Assembly (NCBI GenBank): GCA_025201805.1
Contig: MU619321.1
Span: 62,001 to 126,000 of the forward strand
Direction of reading: 5' to 3'
DNA from: Parasitella parasitica NRRL 2501
Lineage: Eukaryota; Fungi; Mucoromycota
Length of the DNA stretch: 64,000 nucleotides
A program made the translations under genes and the position numbers. Of the stretch, positions 11,878 through 25,509 are shown piece after piece. A model generated the notes under the pieces. That model ran no database searches, was not told where the DNA came from, and saw nothing but the letters and a program-made list of their open reading frames with translations. Each line of letters begins with the position of its first letter. Position 1 is the first letter of the stretch.

Positions 11878-13608
11878 ATGGTCACTTCAAGACCCGGATC
11901 TCCTTACACTGGCGGTAGACCTTCCAGTGCCAATTCGGTGCATACCAAGGTTGAAGAGCATCTCCATGAATACGCTGGTATCGATTATGACAAGGTAAAA
12001 GCATTTGTATAGAATCGGCTTAGCGCTGTGGGTTGCTAAATTGGGCGTTGCAAACAATAGGTTACCATTATGCGCAACCCTTCTGTCGCTGTCCTGTACG
12101 AACAAGCGCTAACTTATGAACAAGGTACTGTCATCTCATCCGCTGGTGCCCTTTGTGCATATTCGGGCAAAAAGACTGGGCGTTCTCCCAAGGACAAGCG
12201 TATTGTTGAAGAAGAGACATCCCAAAAGGATATTTGGTGGGGTCCTGTCAACACGCCTATTAGCGAAAACGTCTTTTTGATCAACCGTGAACGTGCTATT
12301 GACTACCTGAATACTCGCCCCCGTTTGTATGTCTTTGATGGGTTTGCTGGCTGGGATCCCAAGTACCGCATCAAGGTCCGTGTTGTTGCTTCTCGCGCAT
12401 ACCATTTGTTGTTTATGCGAAACATGCTGATTCGCCCCACTGACCAAGAGCTTGAAGACTTTGGCACTCCTGATTTTACTATTTTCAATGCTGGTGAATT
12501 CCCTGCCAACCGTTACACTACTGGCATGACTTCTACTACCTCTGTTTCTGTCAACTTTAAACGTAATGAAATGGTTATCCTTGGTTCCGAGTATGCTGGC
12601 GAAATGAAGAAGGGCATTTTCACCGTTATGCATTATTTGATGCCCAAAGCTGGTGTTCTCTCTCTCCACTCTTCTGCCAACGAGGGCCCTGACGGTGATG
12701 TCTCCCTCTTCTTTGGGTTGTCAGGCACCGGTAAGACGACTCTTTCGGCTGATCCCAAGCGCAAGTTGATTGGCGACGATGAGCACTGTTGGTCTGACGA
12801 TGGCGTCTTCAACATTGAAGGCGGCTGTTATGCCAAGTGTATTGATTTATCTGGTGAAAAGGAGCCTGACATCTTTAATGCTATTAAATTTGGCGCTATT
12901 TTGGAAAACGTTGTTTTGGACGAAGAATCACGCGAGGTTGATTATTCTGACGATTTCTTGACTGAAAACACTCGCTGTGCCTATCCCATCTACCATATCC
13001 CTAATGCCAAGCTACCTTGTATGGGCGGCCACCCCAAGAACATCATCCTATTGACCTGCGATGCTTTCGGCGTTTTGCCTCCTGTCTCCAAACTGACAGC
13101 TGAGCAGGCCATGTATCATTTTATCAGTGGCTATACAACCAAGGTTCCAGGCACTGAGGATGGCATTGTTGAGCCTCAAGCGACGTTCAGTGCCTGTTTC
13201 GGCGCACCCTTCTTGGTGCTCCACCCTCAGCGCTATGCTTCAATGCTGGCTCAAAAGATGTCTGAGCACAAGGCTGATGCTTGGTTAATTAATACTGGCT
13301 GGATTGGTGGATCGGCTGCTACCTCCAAGCGCTGTCCTCTTAAATACACTCGTGCTATCCTGGATGCCATCCACAATGGCGAGCTGGCTAATGCTGAGTA
13401 CGAAGGACTCGATATATTCAATTTGAGCATCCCCAAGTCGGTGTCTAACGTCCCATCTGAGCTGTTGAATCCCAAGGCTGCATGGAACGGCACGCCTGAA
13501 GAATTTGATACTTCTCTTCGCAGGGTTGGTCAGATGTTTATCGACAACTTCAAGACTTACGAAGACGAAGCTGCACCAGAGACTTTGGCAGCTGGCCCTA
13601 CACTGTAN
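11878..13608 (+). CDS. PCK1: Phosphoenolpyruvate carboxykinase (ATP), 2 exons
   Basis: Motifs [41 protein letters not shown] and [10 protein letters not shown]. Intron 11994-12060. The stop codon runs into the N gap (TA-N). Confidence 0.97.
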
Positions 13609-14166
13609 NNNNNNNNNNNNNNNNNNNNNNNNAAAAACTGTATTATATAAAATGTATTAGAACCATATAGAATGTGTATTGTGTAGTATAGTAATATATT
13701 ACGGTCAAAAGAATAAATATAAACCATGTGTTTAAGGATAAAATTATGCATAGTTTTGATACAGAAAAAAAACCCTTTTTCCAAAATGGCTTGTTGCCTT
13801 GTACAAAACACATGCTTTTGCATGCTGACAAAAGCGAGATTTTCAAGGGGAGAGTGAGACAAGCTCCCTCTCTTCTCTAGCACACCTCCTTTATCAATTT
13901 ATGTTTATATTAATTTCTCTGGGGGTTAAGGGGCTCGCTGCACACTCTAAAAAAAGCAAATACACAACTGCAAATTCTGTTTCTGATGGCCAATATTTTT
14001 ATTAATGGAAAATATTACAAAGAAAGCAATTATTGTAAATTGTACAGGCATTAAGTGGTATATAGCATAAGTATCATATAGAACGAAGGGGAAGGAAATG
14101 CGTGAGAAGAGTCTAGTGTGTCAGTGTATTATGTGGTGTTTTGTTTGTATTCAGTACAGATTAAAT

Positions 14167-15027
14167 TTACAAACGAAGTAAGCTTTGAAGGGCGCCCAAC
14201 TGTCGCTGATCTTCAGAGGAAGGAATCTTTTCCCAGGCAATGTCTTGAGCTGGGAGGCCTACAGTGCAGCTAGTGGCGATCATTGGCGACAGGTTACTTG
14301 GATAAGATGAGACAGAGGAATACATAGAGTGCGGCGAAGGTAACACATCCGTCATCATGGCATCATCATCGCATGTACTGGGAGACGAAGACGACAAAGA
14401 GGGTGGCAGAGAGGGAGAGAGCGAGGGCGAGTCGAAGCTATTGTTGATCGATGAGATGGTGGACATGCAAGGGCTGGAAGGCAAGGCAGAGTCTCTCATG
14501 TTGTGAATTGTGGCAGAATGGCCGCCGCTCGTATCTAAAGGATTTAATTCAGGATATAATCCCTTGGGTACACTGATAGTACTCATAGCAGGGTCTGTAG
14601 CAGGCTGATTCAGACGGCCAGCTAATACATCCGATTTTGAATAATAAGAAATCAGGTGCAGTTTTTGATTAGTGGCAGTGCAGATGGAGAAGCTTTGCTT
14701 GATGAGGCCATCTGGTTTATATGAACAGGCAGCAGACGACTTTGCCGCATTTATGCTTGAAGGACGGCGGGGTCTGCGCTTTGTATCCAATTCACGGTAA
14801 GTCAAAAAGCTGCCTAATACACGGCTAGGGGACCAGGTGCGGCCGTCAGTCCAACGACGCATTCCAGCTTCTCTTTCGTCCCAGGCAAAGACGGAGCCTG
14901 ATCGAATTTGAATTCTTTCTTTTGAGGACAATCTGCGCTGGACTCTGACAAGCTGATTTCTTCTACATGCCTCAAACACCAACAAAGCATCTTGAGGGGT
15001 TTTAATGTACCCAATGTAAGTTTCCAT
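14167..15027 (-). CDS. Gti1/Pac2 (WOPR) family transcription regulator, intronless
   Basis: METYIGYIKTPQDALLVFEAC...RRLSSKER..IRSGSVFAWDEREAGMRRWTDGRTWSPSRVLGSFLTYRE...GLIKQSFS...HLISYY. Confidence 0.95.
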   Translation of the reverse strand: METYIGYIKTPQDALLVFEACRRNQLVRVQRRLSSKERIQIRSGSVFAWDEREAGMRRWTDGRTWSPSRVLGSFLTYRELDTKRRPRRPSSINAAKSSAACSYKPDGLIKQSFSICTATNQKLHLISYYSKSDVLAGRLNQPATDPAMSTISVPKGLYPELNPLDTSGGHSATIHNMRDSALPSSPCMSTISSINNSFDSPSLSPSLPPSLSSSSPSTCDDDAMMTDVLPSPHSMYSSVSSYPSNLSPMIATSCTVGLPAQDIAWEKIPSSEDQRQLGALQSLLRL

Positions 15028-16832
15028 GGTCTAAAATGTGAAAAATGAAATAAGTAAAATAAATAAAATAAAAAAAAAAGATAAAAGGAAATGAGGAAAC
15101 AAAGGAAAAGCTGCGAAAAATGGACCCAATTTATAATTGCAGCTTTTTAAACTTTTTATGATCAGCAAATTATGTCATGTAAGCGCGAAAAAAGAATTAT
15201 CAATTTGTGCTGTTTCATGCAAAAATAGAAGGGGCAAATAATGCATTCTTTGGGGGGAGTTATAGACTAAATTATCAACAGGAAAGACTAAAAAAAGAAG
15301 GGAGTTTACTTGTCGACTTTTTTAAACCTGGATCGGGAGATATCGAGATATCTTTATGTCATGATACACAGTCAGTGGATGTGGTTTGTATTACACTGGC
15401 GAAGCTCCAGTCTAGACCTGTCGCATACAGAGGCTACATGCTGCTCTCTTTATCATGTCGTTTTCGCTGCTGGCACACTGCGGTTGATGAGAGATTACTC
15501 TGGTGTCTTAAAATGCTTCGCAACTAAAGAAAAAGAATGAACCCCCCTCATAGTTTTGGCGGGAATTATTACTCCTAAAAGTCTCTTTTATTTATTGTAT
15601 GACTGACTCCCTATTTTGTTTTCTCAATTAGATTGATCGTAATAATATTCAACTTATAAAGAATGATCATTCTCCTTGTGCATAATTCAGTGTCTATTAT
15701 AACACAACAGAACGGAATGTCTAAACCTTTTGTGAAATGTTAAAATGATGTTGCTAACGTCAGAATCCGTTCTTTTAAGCTTTTTCAGGATATTTCCACC
15801 CAAGGAATGTCTTGATTCAACGCATGTTTATTTGCCCATGTGCATGCTGTATTACTCTGTACGGTAGTTACCATGGAATATTGCGAGATTGAGTCAGCCC
15901 AAGCCTCGTAGGAAACAACAACCATCTGCTACCTTTGCAGTCGTTAAATGGCGCTCCTGGGAAGCGATATGCTCAATAGATTCAACTGTACTATATTAAT
16001 CGGAGCCTTTCTTCTTGTTTTTCTTTGTGGAGAGTGCGCATAAATGATTATTTCAAATAAAACTCAAGATATATCATATAGATACGTTAGTCCCTCCTTC
16101 TCGCCTTAACCTACCCTACCCCCCACTGATAATGGAATATCAGGTTACTAAATTTTCCCATTCAACCGAATCCAGGACATGTTATCATTAGAGCTCAATT
16201 GGAATCCAAACAACAAAAAAGAATCGCTTTACAATATTGTGGCATCAGAATGAGATCATTTGCATGTTGTGTTTGTGACAGGGTCAACCTTGCTCGCCAT
16301 TTTCTTTGTTGTTTTGTGTATGTGTGATACGCTAAAAAAGCATAACTGATTTAAGCTTTGTTTCTGTTTCTTTCTATTTTTTTTTTCTCAGCTTTTGTGT
16401 AATGTAACCCAGTGTTTAAATTTTTTTTTTCTTTAATTTTTTTGGTTTTTTTTTTGGCTATTCCTTGCAAGAGCCAAATAATATGATTACATATGTTTTG
16501 TGCTTGGAAAAAAAACACCTAGTCAATTTAAAATGAGTTGCTTAATGAAATGTTTAATGCCAAATAGTTGGAATTACCATAATGTGCATTCAATTAAAAA
16601 TAAGCATTAGAATGCCGATATTAGAATAAAGATTATCATCAGTGCCTCGATTCTCAGAAATTATATAGAACTTTGTTTAAATCAAGGCGGCCCTATTCGT
16701 TATTTGAGAGAATGAACCAAGAAACCAACATTTCTTGATATCGGAAATGAGTCCAAAAGGTTCAAGCAGATAGAAGCGATTGCAATTTAATTTAAACAAA
16801 TTTATTTGAATATACAGTTACAGATTTTTCTC

Positions 16833-18290
16833 TCATTCCTTGGGTGGCGATGTCGTTGTCGCTGTCGTTGTTGTGGGTGGACCAGGTGGTGTTAGTTTGG
16901 ATGGTGTTGAATCAGGGATATTATTAATATTCGTAGCATCGGTAACATTGGTAGATGCAGTCTTGTAACTGCTGTTGTCAGTGGCCTTCTTTTTCATCCA
17001 TTGGTACCATTCTTCTTCTGTTCGCCCATTAAGAATAGCAACGATGATAACAGACATGTTGTCATAGCCAAGTCCATTTGTTGTTTGATCATCAGCTAAA
17101 CAATTATCCATGATACTTTCACAAATTTCCTTGAGTGTCTTGTCTTCTGCAATTTTTGAACGCACGTAGTCAACAACATCTTGATTGGACATGCAATCCC
17201 AAATACCTACAGCTCTTGTTATACATTTATATTTTCTCGAACTGTTTTGTGTGCCTTACCATCACAAGCCAAAACTAAAAACTCGTCATTGTTTGTGATT
17301 TCACGATCAGTAATATCAGGATCACCTATCGCATTTTCCATTCTTAATACCAATGGTGCTTTCAATCATGTAAACTTACATGTTACTGCTTGTTTCTCGG
17401 GTGGGAGCTGCTCATTTTGCTTGAATTCGAAATCGCCGATTGCGCGAGAAAGAGCCAAGTTGCCTTTGTGTAAGTCAATTAACGTGTACATAGCAAAAGA
17501 ATAAAATAAAATATGTAACTACACACCATTAACGCGGCCAAACTCAACAAAACCACCCGCCTTGGTGATTCTTTCCATTTCTACATTGCCAGTGGGCTTG
17601 TGGTCTTCTGAAAGTGGCTTCGCAACCCCATTAATACTGATAATACATCGAGAATCACCAGCATTGGCCTAAAATAATGGTCAATCATTATTGAATCTCT
17701 GATGATGACAAACTTACAACAAAAATGTGGTTATCATCAGTAAGAAGAGCAACGACAGCTGTGCATCCAGAAGGATCATAGGCAAAATTTGGATCTGCAC
17801 AGAAAGCAATGAGATAAAAGTCCACACTACGAAAAAAAAAAAAATCATTACCGTTGGTCAAGCAATTGTCCAGTTCCAAAAACGCTTCCTTCAAGGCTTT
17901 CCCGTACTCCTTGCTTTCAAAATGCTTGTTCTCAGCAACCTTTTCATGTAGTTTCTGACCAGTATACTGCGCAATGGTAGATCCTTATCGTAAACAAGAT
18001 GAACCTCTTTTTAATTCATTGATATCACGTTTTGTCGTTTTCCCCAGTACAAACCTCCATGACCATCAAAAACACCAAAGAAACTAGCATCTGTATCCCT
18101 GAGCTTCAAGAGAGTAGTGTGGGCATCCTCCATGGCTGCATTAACACAAGACGTTAGTGATGCTCACCTCGCAACATACAAACTTACTTAATCTCCAGCC
18201 TTGCATTTGAGAGCAACCATAAAAGTATTTACTACCGGCTTCAAAAGTTGTAATTTTTTCGATGTTCGGTTCAGATAGTGTTTGCCCCAT
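16833..18290 (-). CDS. Protein phosphatase 2C (Ptc2/Ptc3-like), multi-exon
   Basis: MGQTLSEP (myristoylation-type start), [63 protein letters not shown]. Confidence 0.95.
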
Positions 18291-19829
18291 TGTCTAGTAA
18301 AGAAAAGGCCATCTTCAGTTATTAATACTAGAAATTAAATTAAAGCTTACAAAAAGTATACGTGTATATTGGAAAAAGGAAAAAAAATAAAATAATAATC
18401 AAGGAATGCGTGTTCCCTATTGCCAGCGCACAAAAAATAATGCTGATAGCAAGATTTCATTCGTGACGCCCTCACGTGAAAAGATCATTCACTCTTGTTT
18501 TAAAGTAACGTTTGCAAATCTTTGTATTCAGCAAAGTGACAGATCTAGACTTTCTGAAATAGGGGCTCAAACAGAGAATTAAACTTTTACCATCACATGC
18601 TCTCCTCGAGTGCAATTAGATCTTGATTTCTACCATTTCATGATAACAACGGGCCCCTTTAGCAATCGACACCAAAAGGAGAACATTAATAAATGCTCGA
18701 TCACTGTGCCTTGTTTAGTTTAACTGAAAAGACAATTACGACTTTTACATGTCCCTTTGAGTTATTTTATGCAAAGATGCCATCTACAATGAAAGATCAA
18801 TGTGTATCTTGACGCGCAAAATAATACACCAGTGTTGTCTTTATCCCTGGATTTTAGTTTGTTCAAAGAGTACAAAACAGCTGAAAGTCAAGGGAAACTG
18901 ACAGAGATAGCTATTAAATAGCATCAAACAATCAAAAAAAGACTGTGGGATTCTTGGATACAATATTTATATGGCTTACGAGACGATGAATGACCTTTTC
19001 TGCCTTTTTTTTTTTTTAAAAAAAAAGTAACTTTTAAAATCAGAGCGTGCGACAGTTGAGCATGCCAGCTTTATGAATCTGCTATGGTTATAAAACCAAA
19101 AAGCAGGAAAATTCAGTGCCAATATATGAGCAGATCTCCAAGTGTATTGGAACAGATTCATGGATTGTTGAGTTTTAATCTAGTAGTTGTTTGCTGTTAT
19201 AACTCGCATTTAGCTGTTTATTTTAGAACACGTCCATCAGGTTCACCGATAATTAATCTTCTGCGTAATTGACACAGTTTTAGATGCATTTTATATTCTT
19301 TCCCCTCTTCTCCTCGCGCTATTATCTTAGATTTATTTTATCCTTTTCTTTTCAGTATAATTATCCTTATCCATATTTTCACATTGTTGAGCACCGCTTC
19401 TGATGGTCTGTAAGTCCATCTTTACGTGCAACAAATAAAACTCATTTAAAAAAAAAAATTTTTAGCTGTTTTTTTCACATTTGACAAATACGCACGTGTA
19501 TATTTGAAATACTCAAATCAGGACTTTTGCTGGTAATTCCACAAAACTTAAACTTCAATATTATGGGTGGGTGGAGGGGGCATATTATTGTTGAATTGTT
19601 TGGTACCGTTGTCAGCAGTATAGTTGGTGATCTATCATTGACTAGGGATTTAAGCAAAAGGCTATATTGTATTACACCTGGTATAATCAGGTTGTGGTAG
19701 AAGGAAATGCTTCTAAATATCAGTATTGTCATATATAAAGTACTAAATAAACAATAAAACCTTCACAGTTGTTCTGGTAGGTATTCATAATTACTATTGT
19801 TGGCTTCTTTTACTTTCAATCTTCATATT

Positions 19830-20200
19830 AAATCATGAACGAGTAAATTACTGTTGGATCCAAATCACTATTTATAAAAATGAACAAAGCAGAACTATGT
19901 GTTTTTATCTTCTGTTTTGAATTTTTGACCAAAGCTTCGTTGTTTTTAATCAAGTCCACAGTTACTTCAGGAAGTGGGTTTAATGGTTCAATTATAGCTT
20001 GTCCTGCTACACAACACATTCGAAATCTGGATGTTAACATATTGGAGCTAACCTCTATTCCATGGAAGCGTGACATAGTAGAATTTGAAACAGTAGGTTG
20101 ATTCACACTTATATTGATTGCGTTCATAATGCCACTCAATCTGTATGTGCTCTTCCAGTATGTCCTTGTCTTCCACATGAACGGCATTGTTGTATCCATA
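19830..20200 (-). mobile_element. Helitron Rep/helicase N-terminal fragment (degenerate)
   Basis: Zinc-knuckle-like QCRSCGRQGHTGRAHTD* followed by RFRMCCVAGQAIIEPLNPLPE..DLI..N and KQKIKTHSSAL. This resembles the Helitron F..CC..G.V.LP.L..P / IR.YNSAF region. Frameshifted. Confidence 0.6.
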
Positions 20201-20737
20201 GAATACAATAAGATCCGCCATCATGGCAACCTTTCCTGAATTGGATCAAACGTTATAATATTATTTTGACAATTACATGTCAAATCTGATCTGATTGTAT
20301 TTATGGATTGGTTCATATAAATTTAGTCAAAATTATTAGACAACTTCGTTTCAATCAATAAAATTTTCAGTTTTGCATGTTGTAAGAATTATAATCTTTA
20401 TTGCACAGTTAAAAGTAATAATATTCTGTCCTTATACAAGTTTTGCTAAAACTTTGTTGCCTTCTAGATAGTCTAAAAACCAGCTTTAGTTATGGAAACA
20501 GAGCCACAAGGAAGTTGCTCAAAAAAATCATTTACAGCTCAATATAACTTGATTTGAAGCATTAGATTTGCTTCTGGTAACAGTTTTTTTTTTTGTTTCA
20601 AACTAGAACGTTTGGTGGATGACTGTAACCTTTGGTGTAATAAGCAATCGGGCAACTCCGCAAGGCTTGTGGTAATAAATTGTTTCCAACTGTTTGCTTT
20701 GCCTCACTCTTCTTTCGTTTTTAAAACAACAACAAAA

Positions 20738-23312
20738 ATGATTGGGATAGACGAGATTCTTAAAAAACGTATTACGAAATCGACAACAACAACAAAAAAC
20801 AAAAAAAACTAAAAATCTTATATCTATACAAATATAGGTTTTTTGGAATTAATCAAGACTGTAAACCCTACAGGTAGATGGAAGCTGGTTGTGGTCGATA
20901 GCCTCTCTTCGAAAATACTAAACTCTGCATGTAAAATGTATGATATCCTGGAGGAGAACGTAAGATTCATATATCCACTAGGATTCAGGAACGTGTTTAT
21001 TAAAATATTTGTTGCTAGGTTACTTGTAATGATGACTGTAGCAACCGTATAAATACTTGCTAATTAGTATAAATCTATAGTGGTAGAAAATATTGAGAAA
21101 CCAAGACAGCCGTATCCTAGTTATGAAGCTATTTATATTTTAACACCCTGTATTGAGTCGTGTTCCCGTCTAGTGGACGACTTTTCACGTAAAGAAGGAA
21201 AAATGTACGCTGCAGCTCATGTTCATTTTATCAATGGTAACATCAAGCAAAAATTTATAATTGCTTTAAAGTTAATTATATAATAATAGCTCTGGACAAC
21301 AAGACTTTCAATGACTTTACCCGCCTTTTGAACGCAGCTAATGCAGCCAATGACATAAGAAGTTTAAAAGAAATGTATGTCGACTTTTTGGGTAAGATGA
21401 TAAATGTATTAAATAACTAAAAATTATTAAATTGATAATTGCTCTAGTTAGAGAAAACTGCGTCTATACACTAGACGACCAAAGGAAGTTTCCCGGATTA
21501 TTTGCATTTGATACAAGCCCAGAAAAAATCAAACTCCAGCTCGATGATATTGCTAAACAGGTACACAGTGACGAAAAAGACAATACTTGGACTAAGCCCA
21601 ACAGCTAAAATATTTGATAGCTTTTATGTGTTTGTGTTACTATTGGTGAAAGTCCTTTAATTAGATATCATCGTCCTTTGGATATTAAGGGGATTATTAA
21701 TCGAAGGATTCCAGAGGAATTAGCAAAGCTTGTTCAAACTGAATTAGACAATTTTTGCGCCACCAATCCTGAGTTTCCTGTAAGTTGAATTGACCTAACA
21801 AAAAATTGTTACTGAAAGCTTATGCTTATGTTATTATACGATAGCCTCCTAGAGATCCTCCACTTCCTAGCGGTACATTGATAATTCTTGATCGCACTAT
21901 TGATCCAATTTCACCGTTTTTACATGAATTCACCTATCAAGCAATGATTGCTGATTTGTTAGAAGTTGAAGAAATTCCAGCAGGTCTCAAATATGAATAC
22001 CAGTATACACAAGAAGATGGTACCACCAAAGATCAGGAAGTTACTCTTGTAGAGCAAGATCCTCTTTATACCAATATCCGCAACATGCACATTGCTAATA
22101 CTACAGAAAAACTAATTAATGATTTCAATGCATTCATCAACGAAAACAAGATTTCTAGCACTGGAGGACCTGCTACTGCAGTTAGTTTAAACGATATGAA
22201 GAATATGATCAGTAGTTTGCCGCAATTCCAAGAAATGAAGACTCGATTTTCAGCGCACATGACCATTGCTGGTGAATGTATGGAGGAGTTTACTAACCAG
22301 AATCTCGAAGAAATCGGCTTATTGGAACAGGAAATGGCCTGTGGAGAAACCCCTGAGGGAGAGAAGCCCAAGAACTTGGTTGAATCACTAATTACCATTT
22401 TGGATGACCCATCAACTACTGAGATGATCAAAGCTCGATTAATTTTACTTTGGATAGCAACATCTGACACCGTTGATCCCAATAACTTGGAACAGTTACT
22501 TTCGGTTGCTCGTTTAAATCAAACATACAAGGATGCAATTGAAAATATCAAGTTATTAGGTGTTCAGCTGTCAAAATCAGCTACTCTACAAGGAAGGAAA
22601 ATGAAGAAAAGCTTGAAAAAGAAGGTTAATCCTCAACAAGAAGTGCCATTTGATTTATCTCGCTATGTTCCGGTTGTTAAACGTATTATGGAAGGCCATA
22701 TCGATGGTAACATTGATAAAAGCTTATTTCCAAATAATATCCGTGATGTCAAGCAACATCATACCAGAAAAGACACAACCGAAACGGCGAAAGAAGCTCC
22801 CAAATTAAGAGTTTATAAAACTCAATGGCATAAGAAATCAACAGGTGCCAATGTAGGTCACATTTATATTGGAATAAGCTAACTGCTGAATATATCCTAA
22901 ATCTGTAAATAGGCTGTTATCAAGCCGCCTTCTGGACCACCTATCATCATGTTTATCGTAGGAGGCATGACATACTCTGAAATCCGGTCCGCTTATGAGA
23001 TTGCAGAAACATTTGATCGAGAAGTTTATATTGGTATTAACCTTCAAACTTTTGTTATCTGATATAAAACTAATACCATGTTCAGGCTCAACACATATTA
23101 TTACACCAGACAAGTTTGTAAAGGACATTAGTACATTACACAAGGGAGCATCAGTGCAAACAAGTATTATTCCACCCTATGAAGGCTCAGTTCACAAGTC
23201 AAATGTCAATACCTCAAACACACACAAAACACTTCCCCCTCGAACAACTTCCGCCAATGCAAATGCAAGTAATAATTCATCTAAAGGGCATAAAATATTA
23301 AGTAAATGGTAA
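20738..23312 (+). CDS. SEC1: Sec1/Munc18 SM protein, multi-exon including a 7-nt micro-exon
   Basis: [99 protein letters not shown]. Confidence 0.95.
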
Positions 23313-23639
23313 TATGTGGGGCTAATGTTTTCTACTTTGAGCTTGATTAGCATAATATCATATAACCAGAAACATAAATTAAGTAAAGAACGGATCTCAC
23401 TGTAATTTGTATGTTGAAAAAAAACTCAAAGATACCATTGTTACACTGTGTGCTTTCTTGGCTTCTTAAAAAAATCATAAAAGGCATTTTATAAGGGTTC
23501 TGATTTAAGCGGAAATTGTGACCCTTTTCAAGCCAAAAACCTGCAATAGGTGCGGCCGCGGGCTTCAAGATTCTTTATATTTTTACTTTTTTCTTTCTTT
23601 CATTTTTTTTTTTTCCAAACTAATTTTACACTTGAAAAA

Positions 23640-25115
23640 ATGACTTTCCTTGCAACTCTTAACCGTATGGCTCCTAATGCCATGAAACGTGCAGCTGCTG
23701 TTTCAATGAAGCCTACCTCTGTTGCTCTGTCACAAAAACGATTCAACTCATCTTCCGGAACTGAGGTTTGATTTACGAATTTAGTTCTTTTAAATCATTT
23801 TCTAATTTTTCTCAAATAGATGACCGTTCGCGAGGCTTTGAACCAAGCTATCGAGGAAGAAATGATCAAGGATGATAAAGTTTATATTCTCGGTGAAGAG
23901 GTTGCTCAATATAATGGCGCTTACAAGGTACATTTAAAAAATCAAAACAAGATCGCGTATAGTTTGTTAGGGGTGAAGGGGGTGTTTTTAGTGTCGTAAT
24001 GATGGGATATTCCGGGAAAATAGGACAAAAGATTGGGGTAGAATCGGGTTCTGTCGAGGGGAAACATAATCGGAGTTTAAATATATAATGCCCCGCAATT
24101 TTATCACTTAGGTTACCAAAGGTTTGTTAGACAAGTTTGGCCCCAAGCGTGTTATCGATACCCCCATTACTGAAATGGGTTTCGCTGGTATTGCTGTTGG
24201 TTCTGCTTTTAGTGGTTTAAAGCCTATTTGTGAATTTATGACCTTCAACTTTGCTATGCAGGTAAAAAAAAAAAAAAATATGGGGAAGCAATTTTTTTTA
24301 CTCATTTATCCAATTGAATAGGCTATTGATCAAATTGTGAACTCTGCTGCTAAAACCCATTATATGTCCGGTGGTATTGTAAAGTGTCCTATCGTTTTCC
24401 GTGGCCCTAACGGTGCCGCTGCTGGTGTTGGTGCTCAACATTCCCAAGATTTCTCTGCTTGGTATGGCTCTGTTCCTGGTCTCAAGGTTGTTTCTCCATG
24501 GAATTCTGAAGATGCTAAGGGTTTGTTGAAGGCAGCTATTCGTGACCCTAATCCTGTTGTAGTTCTCGAAAATGAACTTGAATATGGTACCTCTTATCCT
24601 ATGTCTGCTGAAGCCCTCAAAGATGATTTTGTTATCCCTATTGGTAAGGCCAAGATTGAGCGTGAGGGTAAGGACATCACCATTGTCTCTCATTCAAGAA
24701 CTGTTGGTTTTGCTATGAAGGCCGCTGATCTTTTAGCCAAAAACGGTATCTCTGCTGAAGTCATTAACCTCAGATCTATTAAGCCTCTCGATACTGAGAC
24801 CATCTTCAACTCCATCAAGAAAACTAACCACATTATTTCTGTTGAAAATGCTTGGGCTGCCTTCGGTGTTGGGTCTGAGATCTCTGCTCAAATCATGGAA
24901 AGTAAGTTACGAAAATATTCGGTTGAGCAAATGGGGATGTTGATGTTTTTCAATTAGGCGATGCTTTCTGGCATTTGGATGCTCCTATGAGTCGTGTTAC
25001 TGGCGCTGATGTTCCTACTCCTTATGCTGCTAACCTTGAAGCTCTTGCTTTCCCTGACGAGAATGTCATTGCTAAGGCTGCTAGAGATAACTTGGACAGA
25101 AAAGTTGGTTTCTAA
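23640..25115 (+). CDS. PDB1: Pyruvate dehydrogenase E1 beta subunit (mitochondrial), 5 exons
   Basis: Presequence, then [87 protein letters not shown]. Confidence 0.97.
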
Positions 25116-25509
25116 ATTAAATACTGAAAAGTAACTGCTTCTCTTTCTCTTTACATATTTCATAGATTAAATACTTTTTTTTTCTTTTTCTCTCCTTTCA
25201 ACTGAAACATCACTGTCATTCATACATAAATAAAAGAAATCAATCATCGTTGTTTGTGCAGTTCTGTAAACTTATAAAGAACATTATTAGCTATTAATGG
25301 ACACTATACGAGCTGTCTACATCCCTTCCCCGAATTACAGCGAAAAAACTCATTCTTCGCTTCACTATGGCGATTTTTTTTTCGACCTTCGCTCTAAAAG
25401 GGAAGGTAAATTTCTCGCGCCTGCAGCGGGTTATCTCACGGTGCATACTGCTAAAGAAAGATTTTTTTTTGACAAGACAATTTTATTTATTGAATATTTG
25501 AATTCAATG

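Noticed and set aside
12136-12669. Long antisense ORF over PEPCK, and similar ones over SEC1, PDB1 and separase
   Set aside because: Expected shadows of codon-biased sense genes, with no independent motifs.
13608-13632. C-terminal extension of PEPCK in the ORF track
   Set aside because: Artifact of the N gap masking the stop codon.
23928-24111. TPP riboswitch in the PDB1 intron (GGGGTG... and TAATGCC..GC look-alikes)
   Set aside because: The essential CTGAGA and ACCTGAT core motifs are absent.
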